A stretch of DNA of 54,582 nucleotides from Archangiaceae bacterium (lineage in GTDB: Bacteria; Myxococcota; Myxococcia; Myxococcales; Myxococcaceae), in assembly GCA_043750125.1 (NCBI GenBank), contig JAYVCD010000069.1:1-54582 (forward strand), given 5' to 3'. Shown one piece after another: positions 10,392 through 19,360 of this stretch. Position numbers and translations under genes: made by a program. Below the pieces are notes generated by a model, which was not told the DNA's origin, searched no databases, and saw only the letters and a list, made by a program, of their open reading frames with translations. Each line of letters opens with the position of its first letter. Position 1 is the stretch's first letter.

Positions 10392-11452
10392 TGGCCTGCC
10401 TTCGGGTGCTGGTGGTCGAGGACTCGCTGACGATGCGCGAGCGCCTGCTCGAAGTGCTGCGGGCAGACCCCCAGATCGAGGTCGTGGGGCAGGCCAGCGA
10501 CGGACGAGAGGCGATCGAGCTGTGCCAGCAGCTGCGCCCGGATGTCGTCACCCTCGACATGGTGTTGCCGGTGATGAGCGGCCTGGCGACGACCGAATAC
10601 ATCATGGCGTACTGCCCGACTCCGATTCTGGTGGTCTCGTCTTCGTTCAATCGCGGCGCGCTGTTCAAGACCTTCGAGGCGCTCAACGCAGGCGCGGTCG
10701 AGGTGATGGAAAAGCCGCGGGTCGACGAGGTCGACGAAGAATGGAATGCCAGACTGTTGAGCACGGTGAAGTTGGTGGGGCGGATCAAGGTAATTTCCCA
10801 CCTGCGGGCCAAGCTCGACCGGCCCCGGCTCGATTCCCCTTCGGCCGCGCCGTTACCCGCGATCGGGGTTGCCCGCGGCCATTCGCTGGTGGCGATCGGC
10901 GCCTCGACTGGCGGTCCAGCCGCGGTCTGTGAGCTGCTGCGGGCATTGCCCGCCAACTTCCCCTTGCCCATCTTTCTGGTGATTCACGTCGGCAAGATGT
11001 TCGGCGATGGGCTGTGCGATTGGTTGCGCGGGGAATCGCCGATTCCGGTGGCGCATGCGCGCGATGGTGAAGCGATCCCTTCGGTAGGGAACTCGCGAGT
11101 GCTGATGGCACCTGCGGACCGGCACCTGAGCTTGCAAGGAGGAAAGATTCGGCTGACTTCGGCCCCCGAGCGGCACTCGTGTCGGCCATCGGTCGATGTG
11201 CTGTTCGAGTCGGTCGCGCGTGAAGTCGAACGGTCGGCGATCGCCTGCCTGTTGACGGGCATGGGCAAAGACGGGGCCCAGGGAATGCTGGCAATCAAGC
11301 GCGCCGGAGGGCTGACTCTGGCTCAAGACGAGGCCAGCTCGATCGTGTACGGAATGCCGCGAGAAGCCGCGCAGCTGGGCGCGGCCGATCACATTCTGGC
11401 CCTCGACCAATTCGCCCCCACCCTGCGGCGGCTGTCCCGAGGCGAGACCTGA
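10391..11452 (+). CDS. cheB: CheB methylesterase (REC + esterase)
   Basis: GASTGG, RPSVDVLF, LTGMGKDGA, QDEASSIVYGMP. Confidence 0.95.
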   Translation: MACLRVLVVEDSLTMRERLLEVLRADPQIEVVGQASDGREAIELCQQLRPDVVTLDMVLPVMSGLATTEYIMAYCPTPILVVSSSFNRGALFKTFEALNAGAVEVMEKPRVDEVDEEWNARLLSTVKLVGRIKVISHLRAKLDRPRLDSPSAAPLPAIGVARGHSLVAIGASTGGPAAVCELLRALPANFPLPIFLVIHVGKMFGDGLCDWLRGESPIPVAHARDGEAIPSVGNSRVLMAPADRHLSLQGGKIRLTSAPERHSCRPSVDVLFESVAREVERSAIACLLTGMGKDGAQGMLAIKRAGGLTLAQDEASSIVYGMPREAAQLGAADHILALDQFAPTLRRLSRGET

Positions 11453-13485
11453 CCGCGCGGGTGTTGGTGGTGGACGACAGCCTCACGGTCCGAATGGATC
11501 TGGGCGACGCCCTCGAAGCGGCCGGGCTGCTCACCACCCGGGCGGCCAGCGGCGCGCAAATGCGCGAGGCGATGACGAAAGAGACCTTCGGGTTGATCAT
11601 TTTAGACCTGGTGCTGCCCGACGCCGACGGCATCGATCTGCTCGCCGAGCTGCGCAGGAACCCGGGTACCGCTTCGATTCCGGTCATGTTGTTGACGAGC
11701 GAAATCGAAGTGAAGGACCGCGTCCGGGGGCTCACCACCGGCGCCGACCAGTTCATCGGTAAGCCGTACGACGCCGCTTATGTGATTGAGCGCGCGACGC
11801 AGCTGACGGCAAAGAGCGCTTTGGTTCCGGTCGCGGTTGGAAATGAGACGGTGCTGATCATCGAAGACAGCCTCACGTTTCGCGAAGAGCTCAAGGCCGC
11901 GCTGACCGGCGCTGGCTACGCAGTGCTGACGGCCGCCTCGGGGGAAGAAGGGCTGAGCCTGGCCGCGACCCGGCGCCCGAACGCCGCGGTGATTGACGGG
12001 AACCTTCCCGGAATCGACGGAGCGACCGTGGTGCGAAGGCTGCGCGGGGACACCGCGCTGCGGGGGATGCCGTGCGTGATGCTCACTGGCTCGAGCGCCC
12101 AGAGCGACGAGCTGATTGGGCTCGAGGCGGGGGCCGATGCGTACGTACGCAAGGCCGATGACCACGCGGTGTTGTTGGCGCGGCTCGCCTCGTTGCTCCG
12201 CGGAGCGAGGTCCTCGGCGCCGCGGGATCTCGCGTCGACTCCGATTGCGGCCCGGAAGATCCTGGCGGTGGACGACAGCCCGACGTACCTCAATCAGCTG
12301 GGCGATGAGCTGCGTGACGACGGCTACGACGTGGCCTTTGCACGGTCGGGTGAAGAGGCGGTCGAGTTGCTGAAGGTCGAGGCCTTCGACGGGATCTTGA
12401 TGGACGTAATGATGCCCGGCCTGGGAGGCCTCGAGGCGGCGCGGCAGATCAAGGCCATTCCGGCGATGCGGGACATTCCGTTGGTGATGCTCACTGGGAA
12501 AAGCGATCGCGAGGCGATGATCGAAGGGCTGAACGCCGGCGCGGACGACTACGTCACCAAGTCGGCTGAGTTCGAGGTGCTCAAGGGTCGGTTGCGTGCC
12601 CAGCTGCGACGAAAACATTTTCAAGACGAGAATCGCCGCGCGCGAGAAGAGCTGAGCACCAGGGAAATCGAGACGGCCCAGGCGCGTGCGGCGCACGATC
12701 TGCTCGAGGCGCGGACCAAGATGGAAGCGCAGCTGACCCAGTCGGCCCGTCTGACTGCCATCGGGGCGATGGCGTCTGGAGTCGCCCATGAGGTCAACAG
12801 CCCGCTCGGTTTCATCCTCGCCAACCTGAGCTTCATCGCCACCGAGGTCCGTGAGCTGGCCGAGGGCAAGCCCGGTTCTGCTGACCAGCTCGCATTGCTG
12901 GCGGAAGTGACAGCCGCGATCGCCGAGGCGACCAGTGGGGTCGAGCGGGTGCGCAAGGTGGTGGCCGATTTGCAGAATTTTTCTCACGTCGATCAAGAAC
13001 AGCGCGCGCCGTTGGATCTGCGACGCACCCTCGAACAATCGCTGGTCGCGCTTGGGCCCGAGCTCGAGGCGGTCGCTGTGGTCGAGACCGACTACGCCGA
13101 CATTCCCTCGGTCAATGCCAACGCCGCGCGGGTCAGCCAGGTGTTGATTCAGGTGATCCTGACCGCGGGGCAAACCCTGCCTCGACAGCAGCCGAACAAG
13201 AATGTCCTCTACGTGAAGACGTTCACTTCCGAAGCGGGCGCGGCGGTGGTGGAGATCTCGACCAATGGTCCGGCCCTCGCTCCCAGGCTGGTCACCCAGA
13301 TGTTCGACGCAGCGCGGCCGGTGGGGGCGCTCGGCTCGGGCTTGAGCATGTCGATTGGCAGTGGGCTCGTCGCCGCGATGGGCGGAAAGATTGCGGTCGA
13401 AACCCAGCCCGGTCGGGGAGTCATTTTCCGGATCGAGCTGCCCCCCGCGCCCGATGCCCCGAGCTTGAGAGCGGTCGCAAGCTAG
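11449..13485 (+). CDS. Triple-receiver hybrid histidine kinase with degenerate HATPase domain
   Basis: Three REC domains (VDDS/IEDS/VDDS, each with phospho-Asp and Lys), H-box AHEVNSPL, eroded N/G1/G2 boxes. Start is either CTG 11449 (overlapping the cheB TGA) or GTG 11461. Confidence 0.85.
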   Translation: MTARVLVVDDSLTVRMDLGDALEAAGLLTTRAASGAQMREAMTKETFGLIILDLVLPDADGIDLLAELRRNPGTASIPVMLLTSEIEVKDRVRGLTTGADQFIGKPYDAAYVIERATQLTAKSALVPVAVGNETVLIIEDSLTFREELKAALTGAGYAVLTAASGEEGLSLAATRRPNAAVIDGNLPGIDGATVVRRLRGDTALRGMPCVMLTGSSAQSDELIGLEAGADAYVRKADDHAVLLARLASLLRGARSSAPRDLASTPIAARKILAVDDSPTYLNQLGDELRDDGYDVAFARSGEEAVELLKVEAFDGILMDVMMPGLGGLEAARQIKAIPAMRDIPLVMLTGKSDREAMIEGLNAGADDYVTKSAEFEVLKGRLRAQLRRKHFQDENRRAREELSTREIETAQARAAHDLLEARTKMEAQLTQSARLTAIGAMASGVAHEVNSPLGFILANLSFIATEVRELAEGKPGSADQLALLAEVTAAIAEATSGVERVRKVVADLQNFSHVDQEQRAPLDLRRTLEQSLVALGPELEAVAVVETDYADIPSVNANAARVSQVLIQVILTAGQTLPRQQPNKNVLYVKTFTSEAGAAVVEISTNGPALAPRLVTQMFDAARPVGALGSGLSMSIGSGLVAAMGGKIAVETQPGRGVIFRIELPPAPDAPSLRAVAS

Positions 13486-14384
13486 CCGGTCGGAAGCCAC
13501 GCGCGGGGCTTCAAGAATTCGCGCAGGCGCAGCTCGAGGCCGGCATCGGGACTGCGGTAGCTCCAGGCGGCGAGCGGCGGCATCGAGACGAGAATCGAAT
13601 CGGTTCGACCTTTCGATTGCAGCCCGAAATGGGTGCCGCGATCGATGACGAGGTTGAACTCGGCGTACCGGCCTCGACGATAGAGCTGAAATTCGCGCTG
13701 CGCGGCGGTGAAGGCGGTGTCTCTTCTGCGCTGGAGGATCGGCACATACGCATCGAGGTACGCGTCCGCCAGGCGCGCAACGAATGCGAGGCAGCGCTCG
13801 GCATCTGCGGCGATCGGAGTGCTGGCGTCATCGAGGTCATCGAAGAAGACGCCACCCACGCCACGCGCCTCGTCGCGGTGAGGCAAGAAGAAGTACTCGT
13901 CGCAGCGCTGCTTGAAGTCCGGGTAGGCCAGCGGGCTCAAGCTCGCGCACGCGTCGGCGGCCTGTTGATGCCAATGGCGAGCGTCTTCTTCGAACGGAAG
14001 GTACGGAGTGAGATCGAACCCACCTCCGAACCACCAGAGATCTCCCGCGTGGATCATTCGGACATTGAAGTGACTCGTGGGCGCCCAGGGGTTGTGCGGG
14101 TGGGTGACCACCGACACCCCCATCGCCCGAAACGCCTTCCCCGCCGCCTGGGGGTGTCGCTGCGTCGCGGACGGAGGCAGGGCAGGGCCACTCACGTCCG
14201 AGAAGTTCACTCCCGCGCGCTCGAACAGCTTGCCCTTCTCGATCACGCAGGTCCGGCCTTCGCCCGCGAGCCGACCGTCGACCGCTGGCCGCTGCCAGGC
14301 ATCGACTTCGAACGAGCCGCCGTCCTCGGACTCGAGGGCGTTCAAGATGCGCTCGTGGATCTTCGCAAAGGCGTCGCCACTCAT
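13482..14384 (-). CDS. hemF: Oxygen-dependent coproporphyrinogen III oxidase
   Basis: FERAGVNFS, HPHNP, WWFGGGFDLTP, RRGRYAEFNL, FGLQSKGR. Confidence 0.95.
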   Translation of the reverse strand: MSGDAFAKIHERILNALESEDGGSFEVDAWQRPAVDGRLAGEGRTCVIEKGKLFERAGVNFSDVSGPALPPSATQRHPQAAGKAFRAMGVSVVTHPHNPWAPTSHFNVRMIHAGDLWWFGGGFDLTPYLPFEEDARHWHQQAADACASLSPLAYPDFKQRCDEYFFLPHRDEARGVGGVFFDDLDDASTPIAADAERCLAFVARLADAYLDAYVPILQRRRDTAFTAAQREFQLYRRGRYAEFNLVIDRGTHFGLQSKGRTDSILVSMPPLAAWSYRSPDAGLELRLREFLKPRAWLPTG

Positions 14385-15421
14385 CGGTCGAGCTCTCTGC
14401 GAATGCGCTGGGCCAGGGCGGCAATGAACGGGGGATCATCATTCACGCAGGGCACCAACCGCAGCTCTTCGCCTCCGGCGGCGCGAAAGGTGTCCCGGGC
14501 CTCGACTCCAATCTCTTCGAGCGTCTCGAGGCAGTCGCTGACGAACGAGGGGCATGCCACCGCCAGCCGCTTGACCCCCTTCTTCGCCAATTCGACCAAC
14601 ACCACGTCGGTGTAGGGCTCGATCCACTGGCGGCCCTTGAGCCGGCTCTGAAAGGACGTGGAGACCGGCAGCTTGGGAACCCGCAGCGTCAGCGCCGCGC
14701 TGGTCGCGATGCACTGGGCGCGATAGCAGCCGTGGTTCGCGGTGGTGATCCGATCGCAGCACCCCGAGGTTCCGCAGACGCCTCCGGTGGGACGGGTGGT
14801 GTCTTGAAGCTGGTTCAGCGGCAGCCCGTGGTAGCTGAACAGCACATGGTCCGCGTTGATCGCGGCGCAGGTCTTCTCGATGCCGGCGGCGACCGCGTCG
14901 AGCCACGCCGGTTCATCGTAGAACGCGCCCACCACCCGAATCGAAGGGACGAACGACCGCTTCGCCAGGTAGGCGAACACCCCGTCCAGCGCACTGCCGG
15001 TACTGGCCGAGGCGTACTGCGGGTACATCGGAACCAGCACCAGCTCGGTCACTCCACTGCGCAGCATTCGTTCCAATTGATCTTCGAGCAGCGGCTCGCT
15101 GTAGCGCATCGCCGCTGCGACCTCGACGCCGGGCAATTTTTCCCGCAGCGAAGTGGCCTGCGCCAGCGAATGTCGGATCAACGGAGATCCCTCGCTGGTC
15201 CAGATCGTCGCGTACCGGCGAGCGCTCTTTCCCGCGCGGAACGGCACGATGATCAAGTTCACCAACAGCCAGCGCAAGACGGCCGGCATGTCGATCACCC
15301 GACCATCGCCCAGGAATTTCCGAAGGTACCGTCCGACCGCGCCCCGCGTCGGCTGCTCGGGCGAGCCGATGTTGAGCAGCAGCACTCCAGCTTTCGTCCC
15401 CTGAACCACGATTGCGGTCAT
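14381..15421 (-). CDS. hemH: Ferrochelatase with internal Cys-rich insertion
   Basis: LLNIGSP, GSPL, MYPQYA, FSYHGLP (catalytic His), FVSDCLETLEE. Confidence 0.93.
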   Translation of the reverse strand: MTAIVVQGTKAGVLLLNIGSPEQPTRGAVGRYLRKFLGDGRVIDMPAVLRWLLVNLIIVPFRAGKSARRYATIWTSEGSPLIRHSLAQATSLREKLPGVEVAAAMRYSEPLLEDQLERMLRSGVTELVLVPMYPQYASASTGSALDGVFAYLAKRSFVPSIRVVGAFYDEPAWLDAVAAGIEKTCAAINADHVLFSYHGLPLNQLQDTTRPTGGVCGTSGCCDRITTANHGCYRAQCIATSAALTLRVPKLPVSTSFQSRLKGRQWIEPYTDVVLVELAKKGVKRLAVACPSFVSDCLETLEEIGVEARDTFRAAGGEELRLVPCVNDDPPFIAALAQRIRRELDR

Positions 15422-16098
15422 CGCTTGAACAAGTAGCCGCGACCGCGGACGGTGATGAAAAACGTCGGAGCTTCCGCGTCAATTTCGAACAGCGCACGCA
15501 ACCTCGAGACCGCACCGTCCACCGTGCGATCTCCGGTCGCCTCGGCGCCCCAGACTTCTTCGAGAATGTCCGACCTTGAGAGCACCTTGTCCTCGTTGTG
15601 CGAAAAATACGTGAGCAGCTTCAATTCCTTGTCCGAAAGTGAGAGCTCGCCGTCCTGGGTCAGCGCGCGACCGGTGTCGAAGCGAACCCAGAACTTCCCC
15701 AGCGACAGCTTCGCCGCCGCGGGAGCGCTCTGGCCTTTTCCTCTTCGCAGCAGCGCCCGCACCCGCGCCAGCAGCTCGGGAATGTCGAACGGCTTGGTGA
15801 CGTAGTCATCGGCGCCGCAGTCGAAGCCGCGCACCTTCGACTGCCGATCGCTGCGCGCCGTCAGCAGCAAGATCGGAAACTTCAGCTGTTGGTCCCGTGC
15901 CTCGCGGGTCAACGTAAAGCCATCTCCTCCGGGAAACATCACATCGATGATCGCCAGATCCGGCCGGGTTTTCAGCGCCTCGAGCCCGGCGGCGAAGGTC
16001 CCCGCGCTCGTCACTTCGTAGCCGACGTGTTTCAGATTGAAGACCACCAGATCTCGCACCAGCGGCTCGTCTTCAATCACCACCACCCGTTCAGCCAC
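15418..16098 (-). CDS. OmpR/PhoB-family DNA-binding response regulator
   Basis: REC VIEDE...IIDVMFP...LLTAR...YVTKPF plus winged helix TVDGAVSRLR...TVRGRGY. GTG start overlaps the end of hemL. Confidence 0.92.
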   Translation of the reverse strand: MAERVVVIEDEPLVRDLVVFNLKHVGYEVTSAGTFAAGLEALKTRPDLAIIDVMFPGGDGFTLTREARDQQLKFPILLLTARSDRQSKVRGFDCGADDYVTKPFDIPELLARVRALLRRGKGQSAPAAAKLSLGKFWVRFDTGRALTQDGELSLSDKELKLLTYFSHNEDKVLSRSDILEEVWGAEATGDRTVDGAVSRLRALFEIDAEAPTFFITVRGRGYLFKR

Positions 16099-17368
16099 CG
16101 GCGAGAACCTCGGCCAGTCGTTCGACGTCTTTCGTCTCGTGGGCGGCGCTGAAGAAGCCGACTTCGTACGCCGAAGGAGGGAAGTACACCCCCTGGTCCA
16201 GCCAACGGCGGTACGGCGCGCGGAACTTCTCGATCGCCGTCTTCGAGATGCCTTCGGCCGTCGACGGAATGTCGCCGGAAGGGTCGAAGTACGGCCAGAC
16301 GATGCTGCCCACCCGTCGCCATCGGGGCCCCGCCGGGAACTTCGCCACCGCTGCATCGAACGCCTGCCCCAATTTTTCGAGCGCCTTGTACGGTGCGCCC
16401 GTTCGCAAAATCTCGAGCGTCGCCAGCCCCGCAGCCAGCGCGACCGGATTTCCCGCCATCGTCCCCGCCTGGTACACGCCCCCGAGCGGCGCCAATTTTT
16501 CCAGCAGCGCCTTCGAGCCGACCACCGCTCCGACCGGAAGGCCTCCGCCGACCACCTTTCCGAGCGTCGTCAGATCGGGAGTGATCTCCACCACCTTCGC
16601 GTACCCGTGGAACCCGAAGCGGAACCCGGTGATCACTTCATCGAAGATCAACAGCGACCCGTATTTCTGGGTGATCTCGCGAAGCGACCGCAGCCACCCC
16701 ACGCTTTGAGTCAGCAGTCCGTTGTTCGCCGGCAGCGGCTCGAGGATCACCGCGGCGATCTGCGGGCCGTACTGCTTGAACGCCGCTTCCAGCGCAGCCG
16801 CATCGCCCAGCTCGATCACGATCGTGTCGTGCGCGACCGTGGCCGTCACCCCTTCACTCTCGGCCAGCCCCAACGTCGCCACCCCCGAGCCCGCCTTCAC
16901 CATCAGCGCGTCGACGTGCCCGTGGTAGCAGCCCGAGAACTTGAGCAGCAGCGGGCGCTTCGTCGCCGCCCGGGCCAGCCGCACCGCGGTCAGCACCGCT
17001 TCCGTTCCCGAGACGACGAACCGCACCATCTGGTGCGCGGAGAAGGCCTCGAGCACGCGCTCAGCCAGCTGGGCTTCGTGCCGATGGCAGGTTCCGAACG
17101 TCAGTCCATCGCGCGCCGCTTTGCAGACCGCTTCAATCACCGCCGGGTGGGCGTGGCCCAGGATCAGCGGACCCCAGCCCAGACAGAAGTCGAGGTACTC
17201 GTGCTGATCTTCATCGACGATTCTCGCCCCGCTGCCCCGACTGATGAAGACTGGAGATCCGCCCACGTGTCGAAAGGCCCGAACCGGGCTGCTCACCCCA
17301 CCGGGCAGCACATCCTGGGCGCGAGCGAAGAGCTTCTCAGAGGCGGCTGCAGATCGGGTCGAGGGCAT
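16091..17368 (-). CDS. hemL: Glutamate-1-semialdehyde 2,1-aminomutase
   Basis: GGVSSPVRAF, SGTEA, GCYHGH, LIFDEVITGFR, PDLTTLGKVVGGG, YQAGT. Confidence 0.95.
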   Translation of the reverse strand: MPSTRSAAASEKLFARAQDVLPGGVSSPVRAFRHVGGSPVFISRGSGARIVDEDQHEYLDFCLGWGPLILGHAHPAVIEAVCKAARDGLTFGTCHRHEAQLAERVLEAFSAHQMVRFVVSGTEAVLTAVRLARAATKRPLLLKFSGCYHGHVDALMVKAGSGVATLGLAESEGVTATVAHDTIVIELGDAAALEAAFKQYGPQIAAVILEPLPANNGLLTQSVGWLRSLREITQKYGSLLIFDEVITGFRFGFHGYAKVVEITPDLTTLGKVVGGGLPVGAVVGSKALLEKLAPLGGVYQAGTMAGNPVALAAGLATLEILRTGAPYKALEKLGQAFDAAVAKFPAGPRWRRVGSIVWPYFDPSGDIPSTAEGISKTAIEKFRAPYRRWLDQGVYFPPSAYEVGFFSAAHETKDVERLAEVLAGG

Positions 17369-18281
17369 CCATTGTCTCCACGTAGTCGGGCGAAGAGAGC
17401 GCCGCGAGCTGTTGTTCCCATTCAGGTTTGCTGTCGGCCGCCGGCACCGACCACTTCGCGGCCCGCCAGCGTCCATGCGCCTGCAGGCCGACCCACACCG
17501 TCTGATCTTCGACGTAGCAGCCAAACGGAGTGCTGCAGCCGCCTTCGAAGACCCGCAGCAGATCGCGCTCGATGGTCACCGCGCGAGCGGTCTCTTGATG
17601 GTGAATCAAACCCAGCAAAGCCCGGGTGTCGGCGTCGTCCTCGCGGCACTGCACTCCCACCGCTCCCTGGCCCGGAGCCGGCGTCCACAAGCGCGGGTCC
17701 AGCCGAAACACCGCCAGCCCTTCCATCGACAGCGCGAGGCGCTGAATCCCGGCGGCGGCGATCAAGATTCCGTCGTACTGCCCCGCCCGCAGCTTCTCGA
17801 CCCGGGTCGGAACGTTGCCGCGCAACGGAACCGAGATGGTTCCCGGAGCAAACCGCTCGAGCTGCGCGGCGCGCCGCAGGGAAGAGGATCCAATCCGCGC
17901 GCCCTGGCCCAGGGGAAGCGGGCTGGACGCGTTGAACTTCATCACCTCGGGCCGAACCAGCAGCAGATCAAACGGGGAGGCCCGCTCGAGCACCGCGCCC
18001 AGGCAAAGCCCGGCCGGCATGCGGGTCGGAAGGTCTTTCAAAGAGTGAACCGCCAGCTGCACCGACTTCTGGTGAAGCGCCGCCTCGAGCTCCTGGGTGA
18101 AGAAGCCTTTTTCGAGCTGCCCCACCAGCCGCTCGGCCAGGCTGGTGTCCCCCTGGGTGGTGATGATCCGCTCGACGATCGGCGGCCGACCCTGGGTTCG
18201 ATGCTCCAGCAGCGAGATCACATTGCGCGTCTGCCAAAGGGCGAGGGCACTGCCTCGGGTTCCAGCGACGAACGCTTTCAT
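17337..18281 (-). CDS. hemC: Hydroxymethylbilane synthase (porphobilinogen deaminase)
   Basis: GTRGSALALWQ, VHSLKDLP, SSLRR, LRGNVPTR, PAPGQGA, cofactor Cys in GGCSTP. Confidence 0.95.
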   Translation of the reverse strand: MKAFVAGTRGSALALWQTRNVISLLEHRTQGRPPIVERIITTQGDTSLAERLVGQLEKGFFTQELEAALHQKSVQLAVHSLKDLPTRMPAGLCLGAVLERASPFDLLLVRPEVMKFNASSPLPLGQGARIGSSSLRRAAQLERFAPGTISVPLRGNVPTRVEKLRAGQYDGILIAAAGIQRLALSMEGLAVFRLDPRLWTPAPGQGAVGVQCREDDADTRALLGLIHHQETARAVTIERDLLRVFEGGCSTPFGCYVEDQTVWVGLQAHGRWRAAKWSVPAADSKPEWEQQLAALSSPDYVETMDALDPICSRL

Positions 18282-19360
18282 TTTCGGGAGCCTCCGGCGG
18301 CGCTCAACATCTGGTGGGCGAACTTGGCGATCGACTGCCGCAACTTCTCGGCCTTCGGGCGCGGCAGATCTTCGAGCAGGCCAGGCAGCGTCTCGGCAAA
18401 ATATTTCCGGCGCGTCTCTTCGAGGCTCGACAGGCGACCGGGCCGCGCGTGGTCGGCGAGGGCTACCTTCAGATCATCGGTGGCGCGCCGGGCCAGGGAA
18501 ATCAGCCTCGTCCGCTGCGAGTCGTCCAGCTGCTGCCGCTGTCCCGCCAGCAGGGCGTCGAGATCCAGCCGTTCCCAACCCGGGGCGCTCAACACCTGGG
18601 CCGGGCAGCCGATGTCGATGCACAGCCGCGATGAGGTGATTGCCGGCAGCTCGAGATAGGCGCCCACCGCTCCGGTGCAGACCACCACGTGCGCGCCGGC
18701 TTTCGCCAGCCGCTGCAGCTCGTCGCCATCGCCGCGCTTGCAGCCCACCACGTGGGTGAAGCCCGCCCGCAGCAGGGCCCGCTGGGTCGCGCGTCCGACT
18801 TCGCCCAGGCCCCAGATCACGATCGGCGCCTCGGGCCTTGCGACCTCGAGCAACACCGCGACCACCAGCGACTGAATTCCCGCCGTGGGGACGGCGGCTC
18901 CTTCTGCGCGACGCTGGTGAATCAACGTCTCGGTCTGCTTCCAGACCTGGCGCAGCACGCCATCGGTGGTGCTCTTCTTGTGCGCGTTGGCAAAGCCGGT
19001 CAGGACCTGGCGGCCGACAGCCGACTCTCCTTCCGCCACCGAGTCGAGCCCCAGCACCACCCGGAACAGGTAGTTCGCAGCGGGCATCCCGTGCTTGGAA
19101 TGAAGGGTGAGCTTCGTGTCCGGGCAACGCATCGCCAGGGCGCTGACCAACATCGACGCCGCCCACTCTGGAGTCGAAGTCGAGAGCACCCACTCGACCC
19201 GCGAGCAGGTGACGATGCGCACGATGCCCTGCACGTGCCCGCCTTCGCGCAGCTGAGCGCTGGGCGACGCGTCTCCTTCATCGAGCTGGTGCAGCCGCGC
19301 TCGCAGCTTGGTCGGCACGTCGCGAAAGCTCGCTCCGACAATTGCGAGGGGAAGGCTCAT
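18278..19360 (-). CDS. hemA: Divergent glutamyl-tRNA reductase
   Basis: TCSRVE (cf. TCNRxE), GLDS..GE, Rossmann GLGEVG; located between hemE and hemC; only 360 aa. Confidence 0.75.
   Translation of the reverse strand: MSLPLAIVGASFRDVPTKLRARLHQLDEGDASPSAQLREGGHVQGIVRIVTCSRVEWVLSTSTPEWAASMLVSALAMRCPDTKLTLHSKHGMPAANYLFRVVLGLDSVAEGESAVGRQVLTGFANAHKKSTTDGVLRQVWKQTETLIHQRRAEGAAVPTAGIQSLVVAVLLEVARPEAPIVIWGLGEVGRATQRALLRAGFTHVVGCKRGDGDELQRLAKAGAHVVVCTGAVGAYLELPAITSSRLCIDIGCPAQVLSAPGWERLDLDALLAGQRQQLDDSQRTRLISLARRATDDLKVALADHARPGRLSSLEETRRKYFAETLPGLLEDLPRPKAEKLRQSIAKFAHQMLSAAGGSRK

Noticed and set aside
11602..13500. Long antisense ORFs (also 1752-3464, 6785-8611, 16037-17935, 22512-24149, 38166-40430, 50600-53053)
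   Set aside because: Expected stop-poor shadows of high-GC genes; no recognisable motifs.
15418..17524. Long overlaps among the ORF-track versions of the regulator, hemL and hemC as possible frameshifts
   Set aside because: Resolved by downstream starts at 16098 and 17368, which give complete domains.
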